Assembly (NCBI GenBank): GCA_046570105.1
Contig: JBKHVI010000008.1
Coordinates: 1-64,000, forward strand
Direction: 5' to 3'
Length of the DNA stretch: 64,000 nucleotides
DNA from: Bacteriovoracia bacterium
GTDB lineage: Bacteria > Bdellovibrionota > Bacteriovoracia > Bacteriovoracales > Bacteriovoracaceae
The position numbers and the translations under genes are program-made. Of the stretch, positions 19,457 to 30,165 are shown in pieces; the stretch's first letter is position 1, and each line of letters starts with the position of its first letter. Below the pieces are notes generated by a model. The model had not been told where the DNA came from, searched no databases, and was given only the letters and a program-made list of their open reading frames with translations.

Positions 19457-20110
19457 TCAACTTAATACAACCTTAGGAACAATCGGTTTTCCAGTGGTGC
19501 GATCCTTCTCATAGGAAAAGATCGTTTTTTGTAGTCCGGTCTTAATGCTCTTAGATTCTAATTGAGAGAAGGATTGATTAATCCATTCTAACTCTCTTCG
19601 ATCTATACCTTGCTCTAAGGTAAAATACGCTAAAACACGCTCCAACTGAAACGACATGCGAGAATCAATCTTATTTTTAAAATGTAGACTACTATAGGGA
19701 TAAGTTTCAGCTCTCGTAACCATTTTGGCTTCGACAGGATTACGATAGATGTACTTGTATACATTCATAAGATACTCATAACTGTCGATCAGTGAGCCCT
19801 TGTACCTACCACCAAATATTTTGTTAATCCTCTTCGATCGCTTTTGAATATCTAATGTCACTCCTTTCATAAAGAAATACATCAGGCGATCGATGTCGAG
19901 ATTGGGCGTTAAAACTAAAAGATGGAAGTGATTGCTCATCAGGACAAAGGCAGCAATCCGAATTCCATGTTCTTTTTGTAGCCACTCAAGTCTGGAGTTC
20001 ATCACCTCCCAAACTTCATCCAACGAGAGGAAGAAATACTCGCGATTATTTGATCGCGCCGTGATGTGGTAATAGTGATCTCGTGATCTTTCGACGGCCT
20101 TTCTTGGCAT
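19457..20110 (-). mobile_element. REP-associated tyrosine (Y1 HUH) transposase, RAYT/TnpA-REP-like
   Basis: YHITARSNNR, VLMSNHFHLL (HUH), YIYRNPVEA (catalytic Tyr), YPYSS; flanked by inverted repeats. Confidence 0.9.
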
Positions 20111-20208
20111 AACGCACCTCTCCCAAGAGGGCTCTTATCAAAAATTGTTCTGTGGACGCAAACTCTGCCAATAGAAAAAGTTAGATATTTCAAATACGAA
20201 GCAAAGAA

Positions 20209-20245
20209 CCAACACACTGCTTACTGACAAGTGTGTTGGAACCTT
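20209..20245 (-). repeat. REP-like copy 5 (inverted) within a 10 bp hairpin
   Basis: tgcttactgacaagtgtgttggaacctt at 20218-20245; ccaacacact (20209-20218) pairs with agtgtgttgg (20230-20239). Confidence 0.9.
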
Positions 20246-20260
20246 CCTAAGATCCAGTTC

Positions 20261-21646
20261 ATGAAAAAAGCTCTCTGTTGGATAAGACGCGATCTGCGTT
20301 TGCACGATCATGCTGCCCTCTCGCAAGCTCTGCAAGAAAACGACGAGGTTCAACTCGTTTTTGTTTTCGATCCACTCATCTTAAATAAACTCTCCGACAA
20401 ACAAGATCGCCGTGTGACCTTTATCATGAAGTCATTGCAAGACATCGAGCGCACTCTGCAAAAGCGTGGCGCTTCGGTTCTTATTCGTTATGGCAATCCG
20501 GTGGAAGAAATTCCTAAACTCGCGCGTGAAATGGGAGTCACCGCGGTTTATGCCAATCGCGATTACGAACCTTACGCCAAAAAGCGCGATGAAGAAGTTC
20601 AAAAGCAACTAGCGAATCTGGATATCACTTTCAAGCAATATAAAGACTCCGTCATGTTTGAAGAACATGAAATTCGCAATGGCTCAGGACTGGTTTATAA
20701 AGTCTTTACTCCCTACAAAAATAAATGGCTGGAAGTTTTGCGCGCCCAAGATGAAGTCGTGCCGGACTATCGTATGAATTCCACCAAGATCGCAAAACTT
20801 GTGAACAAAAAAAATGTGCTGGATTTTGACTGGCATAAAGAAATTGGTTTTGTCGCGACTCCTGCTGTGCTCACGGGTGGAACGACCGAGGCGATGAAGC
20901 GTCTCAAACAATTTTCTATTCCCATGGCGCGCTATCATGAGACGCGCGATATTCCCGCGCTTGATGGAACATCGAATCTTTCGCCTTATATTCGTCATGG
21001 CTGTCTTTCGGTGCGCGATATGATTCGCGCAGGCCTCGAGCAGCGAAACGATGGTGCCAAGATTTGGCTCTCAGAAGTCATCTGGCGTGATTTTTACCAC
21101 ATGATTTTGGACACGCATCCTTATGTGGAAAAGTCCTCTTTCAAACCCGACTACGATCAAATCAAGTGGCGCGGAAAAGAAGAATGGTTTGTTGCTTGGT
21201 GCCAGGGCGAGACGGGCTACCCGATTGTCGATGCGGCCATGCGCTGCTTGAACCAAACTGGCATGATGCACAATCGTCTGCGCATGGTGGTGGCAAGCTT
21301 TCTGTGCAAAACACTTTTGATTGATTGGCGTCAGGGTGAGCGCTATTTCGCGGAAAAACTCTTAGATTTTGACTTGGCGGCCAACAGTGGTGGCTGGCAG
21401 TGGAGCTCGAGCACCGGTTGTGACGCTCAACCCTACTTTCGAATTTTTAATCCCTATAACCAATCAGAGAAGTTTGATAGCGACGGTGAGTTCATCAAAG
21501 CTTGGATTCCTGAGCTAGGTCATTTAGACAAAAGTGATATTCACTCACCCACGCCCATGCTTGCCCCCGATTATCCACGGCCGATCGTGATTTATGAAAA
21601 GATGCGTGGAGAAGCTCTCGATATGTACGGCGTGGTGAAAAAATAG
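20261..21646 (+). CDS. phrB: Deoxyribodipyrimidine photolyase
   Basis: WIRRDLRLHDH, TSNLSPY, WRDFY, MHNRLRMVVASFL, GGWQW. Confidence 0.95.
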   Translation: MKKALCWIRRDLRLHDHAALSQALQENDEVQLVFVFDPLILNKLSDKQDRRVTFIMKSLQDIERTLQKRGASVLIRYGNPVEEIPKLAREMGVTAVYANRDYEPYAKKRDEEVQKQLANLDITFKQYKDSVMFEEHEIRNGSGLVYKVFTPYKNKWLEVLRAQDEVVPDYRMNSTKIAKLVNKKNVLDFDWHKEIGFVATPAVLTGGTTEAMKRLKQFSIPMARYHETRDIPALDGTSNLSPYIRHGCLSVRDMIRAGLEQRNDGAKIWLSEVIWRDFYHMILDTHPYVEKSSFKPDYDQIKWRGKEEWFVAWCQGETGYPIVDAAMRCLNQTGMMHNRLRMVVASFLCKTLLIDWRQGERYFAEKLLDFDLAANSGGWQWSSSTGCDAQPYFRIFNPYNQSEKFDSDGEFIKAWIPELGHLDKSDIHSPTPMLAPDYPRPIVIYEKMRGEALDMYGVVKK

Positions 21647-21773
21647 TTTGAGCCTTCAAACACTAATCCACTGCGGCGTTTATTAGACAGGCCTGCTTTT
21701 AACCTGACAAGTGCTTGAACTTGGGCGAAAATATCCCGACTTCCAAGTATTTATTCTCAGGAGATAAACCCCT

Positions 21774-22448
21774 ATGAGTGCAGCCGTCACGAGATATTTC
21801 ACGTCCTCTATCGGCCGCAAACAATTGATCGCCTTGTCGGGTCTTTTGCTTTGCGGGTTTTTAGTCAGTCACCTTCTTGGCAACTTTTTGCTCTTGGTGG
21901 GTTCAGACGCTTTTAACCTTTATGCCTACAAACTTATTTCTTTGGGTCCTATTTTGTATGTCGCCGAAGCGGGCCTTGCCGCTCTTTTCCTCGGGCACCT
22001 TTTCCTCGCCATGAAACTCACTTGGGAAAACAAAGTCGCACGCGGACAAAAATACTATGTGAAAAATCGCACGGGTCGCGGTGAAACCATTATGAGTGCC
22101 ACCATGCCTTACACCGGTTTGGTGATGTTAGTGTTTTTGGTTTTGCACATCTTGCAATTTAAGTTCGGCTCTTATTACGAGACGACAGTGGACGGAGTGG
22201 TCATGCGTGACCTCTATCGCACCGTCATTGAATACTTCCGCTCTCCTTTGAACACCGCTTGGTATGTGTTTGCGATGTTGGCCGCGGCAGTACACACGTC
22301 TCACGGAGTGCAGAGTGCCTTTCAAAGTTTTGGTTGGAATCACGGGGCGTGGACGCCTTGTGTGAAGAAGGCCGGCTACGCTTACGCCATTTTGGTAGGC
22401 GGAGGATTCGCAGTTATCTCAATCTTGTTACATGTTAAAGGAGCTTAA
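21774..22448 (+). CDS. sdhC: Succinate dehydrogenase cytochrome b subunit
   Basis: SSIGRK..IALSG, HLLGN, heme His residues; first gene of operon. Confidence 0.92.
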   Translation: MSAAVTRYFTSSIGRKQLIALSGLLLCGFLVSHLLGNFLLLVGSDAFNLYAYKLISLGPILYVAEAGLAALFLGHLFLAMKLTWENKVARGQKYYVKNRTGRGETIMSATMPYTGLVMLVFLVLHILQFKFGSYYETTVDGVVMRDLYRTVIEYFRSPLNTAWYVFAMLAAAVHTSHGVQSAFQSFGWNHGAWTPCVKKAGYAYAILVGGGFAVISILLHVKGA

Positions 22449-22450
22449 AG

Positions 22451-24367
22451 ATGTCCTCCTCTAAATTAGATAGTAAAATTCCTAGTGGTGCCCTGGAAGA
22501 TAAGTGGGACAAACACCGCTTTGATTCAAAACTCGTGAACCCTGCTAACAAGCGTAAGTTCTCAGTTATCGTCGTAGGTACAGGACTTGCTGGCGGTTCG
22601 GCCGCTGCGACTCTGGCCGAGCTTGGTTACAACGTTTCAACTTTCTGTATTCAAGATTCCGCTCGTCGTGCTCACTCGATCGCGGCTCAAGGTGGTATCA
22701 ACGCTGCTAAGAACTATCAAAACGATGGTGACTCGATTAAGCGCTTGTTCTACGACACCATCAAAGGTGGTGACTACCGTGCGCGTGAGGCGAACGTTTA
22801 TCGTTTGGCACAAGTTTCTAACAACATCATCGATCAAATGGTCGCTCAAGGTGTGCCGTTTGCTCGTGAATACGGCGGCTACCTTGATAACCGTTCATTC
22901 GGTGGCTCACAAGTTTCTCGTACATTCTATGCTCGTGGACAAACCGGCCAACAACTTCTCTTGGGTGCTTACTCAGGCATGATGAAGATGGTCGCTAAAG
23001 GTAAAATCAAAGAATACAACCGCCGCGAGATGCTTGATCTCGTCCTCGTGAATGGTCAGGCGCGCGGAATCATCGTGCGCAATCTTATCACCGGAGAACT
23101 CGAGCGCCATGTCGCTGATGCCGTTCTCTTATGTACGGGTGGTTACGGTAACGTCTTCTTCCTCTCTACCAATGCGATGGCTTCAAACGTGACGGCTTCT
23201 TGGAGAGCGCACAAGCGTGGGGCCTATTTCGCTAACCCTTGTTACACGCAAATTCATCCGACCTGTATTCCTGTTCACGGTGAATCTCAATCGAAATTGA
23301 CTTTGATGTCAGAGTCACTTCGTAACGATGGCCGCGTATGGGTTCCTAAAAAGCCTAATGAATCGCGCCCGATTGAACAGATTCCTGAAGAAGATCGCGA
23401 CTACTACCTCGAGCGCATTTATCCTTCGTTCGGTAACCTCGCTCCTCGTGACGTCTCTTCTCGCCAGGCCAAGTACAGAACGGATGAAGGCCTAGGCGTG
23501 GGTTCAACTAAGCTCGCTGTTTATCTCGACTTCCGTGACGCCATCAAGCGCGACGGTCTCGGAACGATCGCCGGAAAATACGGCAACTTGTTTGAAATGT
23601 ATGAGCGTATCGTAGGACAAGATCCTTATAAAACTCCTATGATGATCTATCCTGCGGTTCACTACACCATGGGCGGTCTGTGGGTTGATTACAACCTCCA
23701 ATCAACTATTCCTGGATTGCACGTATTAGGTGAAGCCAACTTCTCTGATCACGGCGCCAACCGCCTCGGTGCTTCGGCATTGATGCAAGGTCTAGCGGAT
23801 GGCTACTTTGTTATCCCTTACACTTTGGGCCACTACTTCGCTTCTAATAAGCTTGAAAAAGTCACCACTGATCACGAAGCCTTTAAAGAAGCGGAAGACG
23901 GTGTTCGCAAACAAGCCGATCTTCTCTTCAAGGCCAAAGGTGGCCGCACGGTTGATGATTTCCACAAATCCCTTGGTAAAGTGATGTGGAATGAAGTCGG
24001 TATGGCGCGTACGGAGAAAGGTCTCCACTCCGCCATTAAAGACATCAGAAAACTCAAAGAAGAATTCTGGCAAGACGTGAATGTTCCGGGTGATGCCTCG
24101 AACTACAACGTCGAACTTCACAAAGCGACACGCGTAACAGACTTCTTAGAGTTAGGAGAACTCATGGCCCTCGACGCTCTTGAGCGTAACGAATCTTGTG
24201 GCGGTCACTTCCGCACAGAATTCCAAACGCCTGATGGTGAAGCGCTTCGTAACGATGACAAATACTGTCACGTTGCTGCATGGGAATGGACTGGGAAATC
24301 ACCTATCCGTCACATCGAAGAGCTGAAGTTCGAGAACGTACAACTTGCAACCAGATCGTACAAGTAA
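22451..24367 (+). CDS. sdhA: Succinate dehydrogenase/fumarate reductase flavoprotein
   Basis: [15 protein letters not shown] (FAD His), HYTMGG, HGANRLG. Confidence 0.97.
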   Translation: MSSSKLDSKIPSGALEDKWDKHRFDSKLVNPANKRKFSVIVVGTGLAGGSAAATLAELGYNVSTFCIQDSARRAHSIAAQGGINAAKNYQNDGDSIKRLFYDTIKGGDYRAREANVYRLAQVSNNIIDQMVAQGVPFAREYGGYLDNRSFGGSQVSRTFYARGQTGQQLLLGAYSGMMKMVAKGKIKEYNRREMLDLVLVNGQARGIIVRNLITGELERHVADAVLLCTGGYGNVFFLSTNAMASNVTASWRAHKRGAYFANPCYTQIHPTCIPVHGESQSKLTLMSESLRNDGRVWVPKKPNESRPIEQIPEEDRDYYLERIYPSFGNLAPRDVSSRQAKYRTDEGLGVGSTKLAVYLDFRDAIKRDGLGTIAGKYGNLFEMYERIVGQDPYKTPMMIYPAVHYTMGGLWVDYNLQSTIPGLHVLGEANFSDHGANRLGASALMQGLADGYFVIPYTLGHYFASNKLEKVTTDHEAFKEAEDGVRKQADLLFKAKGGRTVDDFHKSLGKVMWNEVGMARTEKGLHSAIKDIRKLKEEFWQDVNVPGDASNYNVELHKATRVTDFLELGELMALDALERNESCGGHFRTEFQTPDGEALRNDDKYCHVAAWEWTGKSPIRHIEELKFENVQLATRSYK

Positions 24368-24377
24368 GGAGCCGACC

Positions 24378-25169
24378 ATGTCTGCTAACGATAACATGAC
24401 CATCTATCTCAAAGTCTGGCGTCAAGCGAACGGAGCGCAGGAAGGAAAATTTGTCGATTACAAAGTCGATCAAGTTTCACCTGATATGTCTTTCCTTGAA
24501 ATGTTCGACGTTTTAAATGATCAACTCGTCAAGAAAGGCGAAGACCCCATTGCTTTTGATCACGACTGCCGCGAAGGCATTTGTGGTATGTGCTCGATGA
24601 TGATTAACGGTAAGGCCCACGGCGGTCAGAAAGGCACTACAACTTGCCAGCTGCATATGCGCAAATTCAAGTCAGGCGATTCAATCGTAGTAGAACCGTG
24701 GCGCGCGAAGGCCTTCCCACTAGTAAAAGATTTGGTGGTTGATCGCTCAGGCTTCGATAAAATTATTCAGGCGGGCGGTTACACCACAGCTCAAACTGGT
24801 AACGCACCGGACGCCAACGCGAATCTTATTCCAAAAACTGTCGCTGACGAAGCGATGGATGCGGCCGCTTGTATCGGTTGTGGTGCGTGTGTGGCTTCTT
24901 GCCCGAACGGTTCAGCGATGCTCTTTATGGGAGCAAAAATTAGCCAACTCGCTCTTCTCCCACAAGGCCAACCGGAAGCTCCTCGTCGTGCCATTAATAT
25001 GGTTAAGACACACGATGAGTTGTTGTTCGGTAACTGTACCAATCACGCTGAATGTGAAGCCACTTGCCCGAAAGAGATCTCGATTGAGCACATCGCTCGT
25101 ATGAATCGTGAGTTCACTAAAGCAAGCTTCACTTATTACGAGAAAGAGCGCTCAGGCGGCGCGAGCTAA
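24378..25169 (+). CDS. sdhB: Succinate dehydrogenase iron-sulfur subunit
   Basis: [25 protein letters not shown] before ATG 24378. Confidence 0.97.
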   Translation: MSANDNMTIYLKVWRQANGAQEGKFVDYKVDQVSPDMSFLEMFDVLNDQLVKKGEDPIAFDHDCREGICGMCSMMINGKAHGGQKGTTTCQLHMRKFKSGDSIVVEPWRAKAFPLVKDLVVDRSGFDKIIQAGGYTTAQTGNAPDANANLIPKTVADEAMDAAACIGCGACVASCPNGSAMLFMGAKISQLALLPQGQPEAPRRAINMVKTHDELLFGNCTNHAECEATCPKEISIEHIARMNREFTKASFTYYEKERSGGAS

Positions 25170-25175
25170 TCTCTT

Positions 25176-26255
25176 TTGCGCCTCTATTCCGACACAATAG
25201 CTAGTTTCCTGAACCATGCAGAACGCATGGTTCGGGAAATATTATCTACAGAATGCGGCCTCTCTGTAGCACGCACACGTTTCACTGTCGCTCGCACCAC
25301 CTGGCCCATCAACTTGGTGTGCTTTGAAGACAATCGTCGCTGGGGTTATTTCGAGCCGCATTTTTTCCAAATCGGCATTAACGCTCGTCTAGTTGGTACT
25401 ATTCATGACTCTGTCTTGCGTGATCTTTTACGTCATGAACTCGCTCACTATCTTGTGCGTGTATTTCACGGACCGCATGTGTCAGCTCACGGCAGTGAAT
25501 TTAAAGCTCTCTGCGCGCGCTATGGCTGGAGTGAAGAAGTAGCGGCGGCGGCAGGAGATTTACCCTCGATTGAAAAGAGCGGTGATATTAAATCTCAAGC
25601 GATCATCGAAAAAGTAAAAAAACTTTTGGCGCTCGCGAGCTCCACCAACGAACACGAAGCGGAGCTCGCCACCATTAAGGCCAACCAACTTATTCTACGC
25701 TATCACCTTGATCGCTCTGAATTAAAAACTGAGCGTGAGCTATGTGTTGTAACCGTGATGGAATCAACGAAAAAGAATACGTTGATGGTGGCGATCTATG
25801 AAATCCTCACCCACTTCCTCGTGCGCCCGATGCTCTATTACGGACAGGGACAAGTCCGTCTTGAGGCTGTCGGCTCTCGGGAGCAAACTGAACTTGCGCT
25901 CTATATTGCCGACTTCTTAACACTCGAACTTGAGATGCTTTGGAAAACAAACTCTAAAACTCAAGGTCTTAAAGGTCTGCGCGCCAAGAATTCTTTCTTC
26001 ATGGGAGTGGCGAAAGGCTTTGCGGAAAAGCTTCATGACTCAAGAAGAAATCATACTGAAGCTGAATCGCGCGCGTTGATCAAAATTGAATCCGAAGTCT
26101 TAACTCTCATGCGTGAATTCATGGGTGGAATGTCACAAAGTTTCTCAGGACAGGTGATCGATAATCAGGCGATGGAAAGTGGCAGACGCGAAGGGCGCAA
26201 TCTCTCGATCACGCCCGCCGTGAAATCATCAAATCAAACGCTCTTACTTAAATGA
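25176..26255 (+). CDS. SprT-like metallopeptidase domain plus DUF2786-like domain protein
   Basis: RHELAH...HG.EFK; IIEKVKKLLALASSTNEHEAELA. Confidence 0.8.
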   Translation: MRLYSDTIASFLNHAERMVREILSTECGLSVARTRFTVARTTWPINLVCFEDNRRWGYFEPHFFQIGINARLVGTIHDSVLRDLLRHELAHYLVRVFHGPHVSAHGSEFKALCARYGWSEEVAAAAGDLPSIEKSGDIKSQAIIEKVKKLLALASSTNEHEAELATIKANQLILRYHLDRSELKTERELCVVTVMESTKKNTLMVAIYEILTHFLVRPMLYYGQGQVRLEAVGSREQTELALYIADFLTLELEMLWKTNSKTQGLKGLRAKNSFFMGVAKGFAEKLHDSRRNHTEAESRALIKIESEVLTLMREFMGGMSQSFSGQVIDNQAMESGRREGRNLSITPAVKSSNQTLLLK

Positions 26256-27674
26256 ATCCAAATAAGCTTCAAGGTCTTTCTTCTCTTGCGTAGAGAGAGA
26301 CTCTCCGCCCTTAGGCATCTTGGTGAAAGGGTTTTTCGAATTCACGCTTTTCATTACTTTGACTTTATTTTTAGCAAACCATGACTTGTCTTCACCATGG
26401 CAAATCAAACAGCGAGTCGCCAAGATATGTTCGCCTGGCGATTTTTTCGGCTCAATTTTAACAGGATTTTTATCCGCACGATTGAGCGCCTGACAAACGA
26501 CACCTAGACTTGGATCACCGCTTGTCTCCACCATCGCCAAACAATCTTGCATCGACATAGAAAGAATCGTTCCAATAGCAGCACTATTCTTATCGCCTAG
26601 CTGAGACCATTGAGTACAAAGTTTTGACCACACCGTCGATATCTCTTCTAGTTTTGATTCATCCTCTGCTCCCAGACATTGCACGACACTTTCTAAGCTG
26701 CGCTGTGGTCCTTGAGGAATGCTGGAGTAATGAATCGAGAACTGAGTTGGACCATGTTCTTTGTGAATATAAGCGACTCGTCCATCGCCCAAGAAGATGG
26801 GGAAATAGGAATTTCCTGAAATATTATTGGTCACCTGCTGAACAACATCGTTTTCAATATCGTACACATAAACATTTCGTACCTGAGATGTTGCATCCAG
26901 TGTCGCCGGGTACATCGAATCGTGTGGAATCGTTGCATAGCTATGAGAAATATCGCGTGCGACATGGAAGGTGATTTTTTTATTATCGTAGGAGAATGCC
27001 GCCTTACCACCAGCAAACGGCAATGACTTCACTAGCCCGGTTTGACCATTTGGCAGAATATCATAAACTTCTGTTTGGTTCGTGAGGATATTCAACGCTG
27101 AAAAACGCTTACCATCGGGAGACATCATGGGAAGTCTCAAATCACTGTTTTGATAAGAGAGATACTGCGAGGCATTTCGATCAATCACATAACCATCAGC
27201 AGTCTTTTTTATTTTTTTGATAACAACTTGTTTTTCGACTTCATCGTAGTAGAGCAACTGACGATTACCTTGTGCATCGGCATAACCCACACTCTGATAC
27301 GATCCGCCGATGTATTCACTCATCTTTGTACCTGAAGCAGGCACTCCGTCCTTGAGATCAACAATCGTAATTTTCCAAGGGATATGGGGCTGCTGAAAGT
27401 TTTGATGTAAGAGCGTTAAGATTTCACCATCAGCACTCGGAACAGGATCGGCATTGCCTCCCAAAACTGTTTGCTCGCCAGTTTTAGTATCAAGCATGAG
27501 ATTTTGCCCCAAGGCGATATAATAAATATAGCGGCCGTCTGCTGAAGTTTTGAAAAAGTAATTAGGAGTCATATTCAATTTAATCGTCTCAACATCTCGC
27601 ACCTGAAGTGGATTGCAGAAATCTTGAGCGAATGAACTATTGATTAATAGCAAAGCAAGAATGACAAATTTCAC
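26244..27674 (-). CDS. Secreted TolB-like beta-propeller with C-terminal c-type cytochrome
   Basis: PSADG, SPDGK, FSYDNKK blade motifs; CLICH and KMP at C-terminus. Confidence 0.7.
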   Translation of the reverse strand: MKFVILALLLINSSFAQDFCNPLQVRDVETIKLNMTPNYFFKTSADGRYIYYIALGQNLMLDTKTGEQTVLGGNADPVPSADGEILTLLHQNFQQPHIPWKITIVDLKDGVPASGTKMSEYIGGSYQSVGYADAQGNRQLLYYDEVEKQVVIKKIKKTADGYVIDRNASQYLSYQNSDLRLPMMSPDGKRFSALNILTNQTEVYDILPNGQTGLVKSLPFAGGKAAFSYDNKKITFHVARDISHSYATIPHDSMYPATLDATSQVRNVYVYDIENDVVQQVTNNISGNSYFPIFLGDGRVAYIHKEHGPTQFSIHYSSIPQGPQRSLESVVQCLGAEDESKLEEISTVWSKLCTQWSQLGDKNSAAIGTILSMSMQDCLAMVETSGDPSLGVVCQALNRADKNPVKIEPKKSPGEHILATRCLICHGEDKSWFAKNKVKVMKSVNSKNPFTKMPKGGESLSTQEKKDLEAYLDSFK

Positions 27675-28414
27675 TTCAACACCTTTTGTGCAATCTCTTT
27701 AAGACCAGGCCCATGGTATCCCGGAATCCGCATAACAATGCGTCCGTACTTGTAAAAAACAGTTGATGGGTAATGAATACCGATATCCGCAGCAAACAAG
27801 ACACTTGAGTTGGCGGCTTGAGCATACTCAGCAGGAAGCTTTTTATCAGTCACAATCTTTTTCAAAAGTTCAGAGTCGGCTTCCGCATCTACCGCAACTG
27901 TCACCGGATACTTAACGCCGTAGTTTTTCAAAGCGGCGACTTCACCTACAGAGAGTTCCATATGCGGCGACCAAACATAAATGACACCGCCGTTTTTATT
28001 TTTTTTCAATAATTCAGCAATATCAATGTCGCGCAAGCTAGGGCGATTGGGTTTTGAAAAAAGAATCTTCGCTTCACACTGAGGCGTCTCTACTTTAAAA
28101 CCTGTTGTTGATTTGGGGCCAACTAACACAAAACGTGTATGAGTTTTTTCCGGATAAACTTCAATGCTCCCATAATTAGGAATTCGGCTCGCCACTCCAC
28201 CAGGAAAACGCAACCACTCCTGTGGAGTGCCTGCCGCATCAAGCGCTTTGGTCACTTGATCAAGACAGACAATATCTTTTAATGGTTGAACCTTGGCCGG
28301 TGCTGCCAGCGCCTGGGCAATAAAAAATGAAATAAGAAAACTCAATCCCCACCCCTTTGACCTATTCATTCTATCAGTTGAGACGAATAATTTGTTAGAG
28401 GGAAATGTTCCCAC
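27671..28414 (-). CDS. Secreted hypothetical protein, possible Cys-less thioredoxin-like domain (start uncertain)
   Basis: IYVWSPHM and YPSTVFYKYG spacing resemble a Trx fold. Confidence 0.55.
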   Translation of the reverse strand: MGTFPSNKLFVSTDRMNRSKGWGLSFLISFFIAQALAAPAKVQPLKDIVCLDQVTKALDAAGTPQEWLRFPGGVASRIPNYGSIEVYPEKTHTRFVLVGPKSTTGFKVETPQCEAKILFSKPNRPSLRDIDIAELLKKNKNGGVIYVWSPHMELSVGEVAALKNYGVKYPVTVAVDAEADSELLKKIVTDKKLPAEYAQAANSSVLFAADIGIHYPSTVFYKYGRIVMRIPGYHGPGLKEIAQKVLK

Positions 28415-28473
28415 TCAATTCTTGAGTAAAATCGTTTTTGCCATCTGAAGCGCGCTTTCCTACACTTAACGCT

Positions 28474-28929
28474 ATGGATATTCTTAGCAAATTTGCCCCC
28501 TACTTTCGCTCCATCAATCACTTCGACCGCGAGAACGGTTTGAGTTTTGAAATCCTCGCTCCTGGGGAAATCATCTACCGCTTAAAGGTGCAAGAAAAGC
28601 ATTTAAGCTCGCCGGGCATCGCCCATGGTGCAAGCATCGCGGCCTTTATGGATTGTGTGCTCGGACTCACCGCCCTTTCAAAAGCTCTCACTGAAAACAA
28701 TCTCACTTCAACAGTTGAATTCAAACTCAACTTCATTCGCCCGGCGCGCTTAGGCGATGAGTTGATCGGCACTGGCAAGATTGATTACAAAGGTAAATCC
28801 CTTATCATCGCTTCAGGTGATATTAAACTTGCTAGCGGCGAATTGATCGCCAAAGGTTTGGGAACTTTTAACACTTACCCCTTAGAAAAAAAGGGAGAAC
28901 TCTATGCTGCACTCGCCGACCAGAATTAA
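28474..28929 (+). CDS. PaaI family thioesterase
   Basis: GIAHGASIAAFMD, TVEFKLNFIRPA. Confidence 0.9.
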   Translation: MDILSKFAPYFRSINHFDRENGLSFEILAPGEIIYRLKVQEKHLSSPGIAHGASIAAFMDCVLGLTALSKALTENNLTSTVEFKLNFIRPARLGDELIGTGKIDYKGKSLIIASGDIKLASGELIAKGLGTFNTYPLEKKGELYAALADQN

Positions 28930-29320
28930 TCCTCACGCACGTTCTGCTCTTATCATCGGCAGTGTGTTTATGTTTCTCGGTGTGATGCTGGGAGCCTTCG
29001 GTGCTCATGGACTCAAAAAAATGGTTGAGCCCAGTTTGCTCGAAACTTGGGAAACCGGAGCACGCTACCTACTCATTCACGCTTTGGCCCTGCTGGCCCT
29101 TGGCTGCTTTATTCTCAATACCGGCATGGCACTCACATGGACACGTCGCCTGATGATGGCCGGTGTGGTGCTCTTTAGTTTCAATTGTTTTCTCTATGTG
29201 CTCACCGGAATTAAAACTTTCGCCATGATTGTTCCGATTGGTGGAACTCTGCTCTTAGCGAGTTGGGCAAGTTTCATTTGGGTGTTGTGTTTTTTTACGC
29301 GAAAAGAATTGGCACGCTAA
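28904..29320 (+). CDS. DUF423 membrane protein
   Basis: LGAFGAHGLK, WETGARY, PIGG. Confidence 0.9.
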   Translation: MLHSPTRINPHARSALIIGSVFMFLGVMLGAFGAHGLKKMVEPSLLETWETGARYLLIHALALLALGCFILNTGMALTWTRRLMMAGVVLFSFNCFLYVLTGIKTFAMIVPIGGTLLLASWASFIWVLCFFTRKELAR

Positions 29321-30030
29321 ACGTTTTTAGCATCGACGCCATAGAGCCACTTGTGCTGCTGACCGATCACTCTAAATGGCGCACCCCAATCTTCATTGAG
29401 CTTCATGACTTCTTGAAAGCGCTTCAGTGGCATTTTCTCGCCGGGTGAAAACGCCGGTGTGAGAACCCAAGGAATCGGATGCGGTCCCACTTGCTCTTCA
29501 ATTTGGCGACGAGCTTCGAAAGCGGCACCAAAATCAGCATTATCGGCGATGACTGCTTTGATCTGGCCTTTGTGTCCGAAGTCGCGAATAAATCGTGCCA
29601 ACAGTTCTAAACTCGTGCGCACACCGGTTGACGGTGTTTTAAAATCAAAACTAATAAAGTCACTGGCCTTAAAAGCTTCTTCGACAATACGAGAGCCCGC
29701 GGCTTCAAGATTGATCCAGTAGCCTTTGAGTTTTAAATCAATGATAAGTTCCATCAATCCAGGAACGTGTTGCGGATGAAGCGGATCACCGCCGGTGATG
29801 GACACTCGACGCAACGGCCAGCGGCCTTCGTGAGCGAGCTCGTCGACTTTTTTCAACACCTCAGAGAGCTCCATGCCTTTCTTTGCATCAAACTCCCAAG
29901 TCTCTTTTGAGTCGCAATTCACACACCCAATGGCACACCCTTGAAAACGCACAAACACCTGCGGAGAGCCCAATTGGACGCCCTCGCCTTCGGTCGCTCG
30001 ATAAATGGTGTTAATCAGAAGTGTGGTCAT
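29317..30030 (-). CDS. queE: 7-carboxy-7-deazaguanine synthase (radical SAM)
   Basis: EGEG..G.P.VFVRFQGC...C..CD, ITGGDP, QQHK. Confidence 0.85.
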   Translation of the reverse strand: MTTLLINTIYRATEGEGVQLGSPQVFVRFQGCAIGCVNCDSKETWEFDAKKGMELSEVLKKVDELAHEGRWPLRRVSITGGDPLHPQHVPGLMELIIDLKLKGYWINLEAAGSRIVEEAFKASDFISFDFKTPSTGVRTSLELLARFIRDFGHKGQIKAVIADNADFGAAFEARRQIEEQVGPHPIPWVLTPAFSPGEKMPLKRFQEVMKLNEDWGAPFRVIGQQHKWLYGVDAKNV

Positions 30031-30165
30031 GGGGCTTACATAGCATTTTTCAACCCATCGGGGAAACCTTTGACTTGAGGACACATGAAAAGATTACTAA
30101 GCTATTTGAGAGATCCTCCATATGTGGTTAAACGATACTTCACCGAAAGTTTTTTTGGAGTTTGC

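Noticed and set aside
19457..20110. IS200/IS605 element with TnpB
   Set aside because: No tnpB is adjacent; the length and the NP...YPYSS tail fit RAYT-like proteins better.
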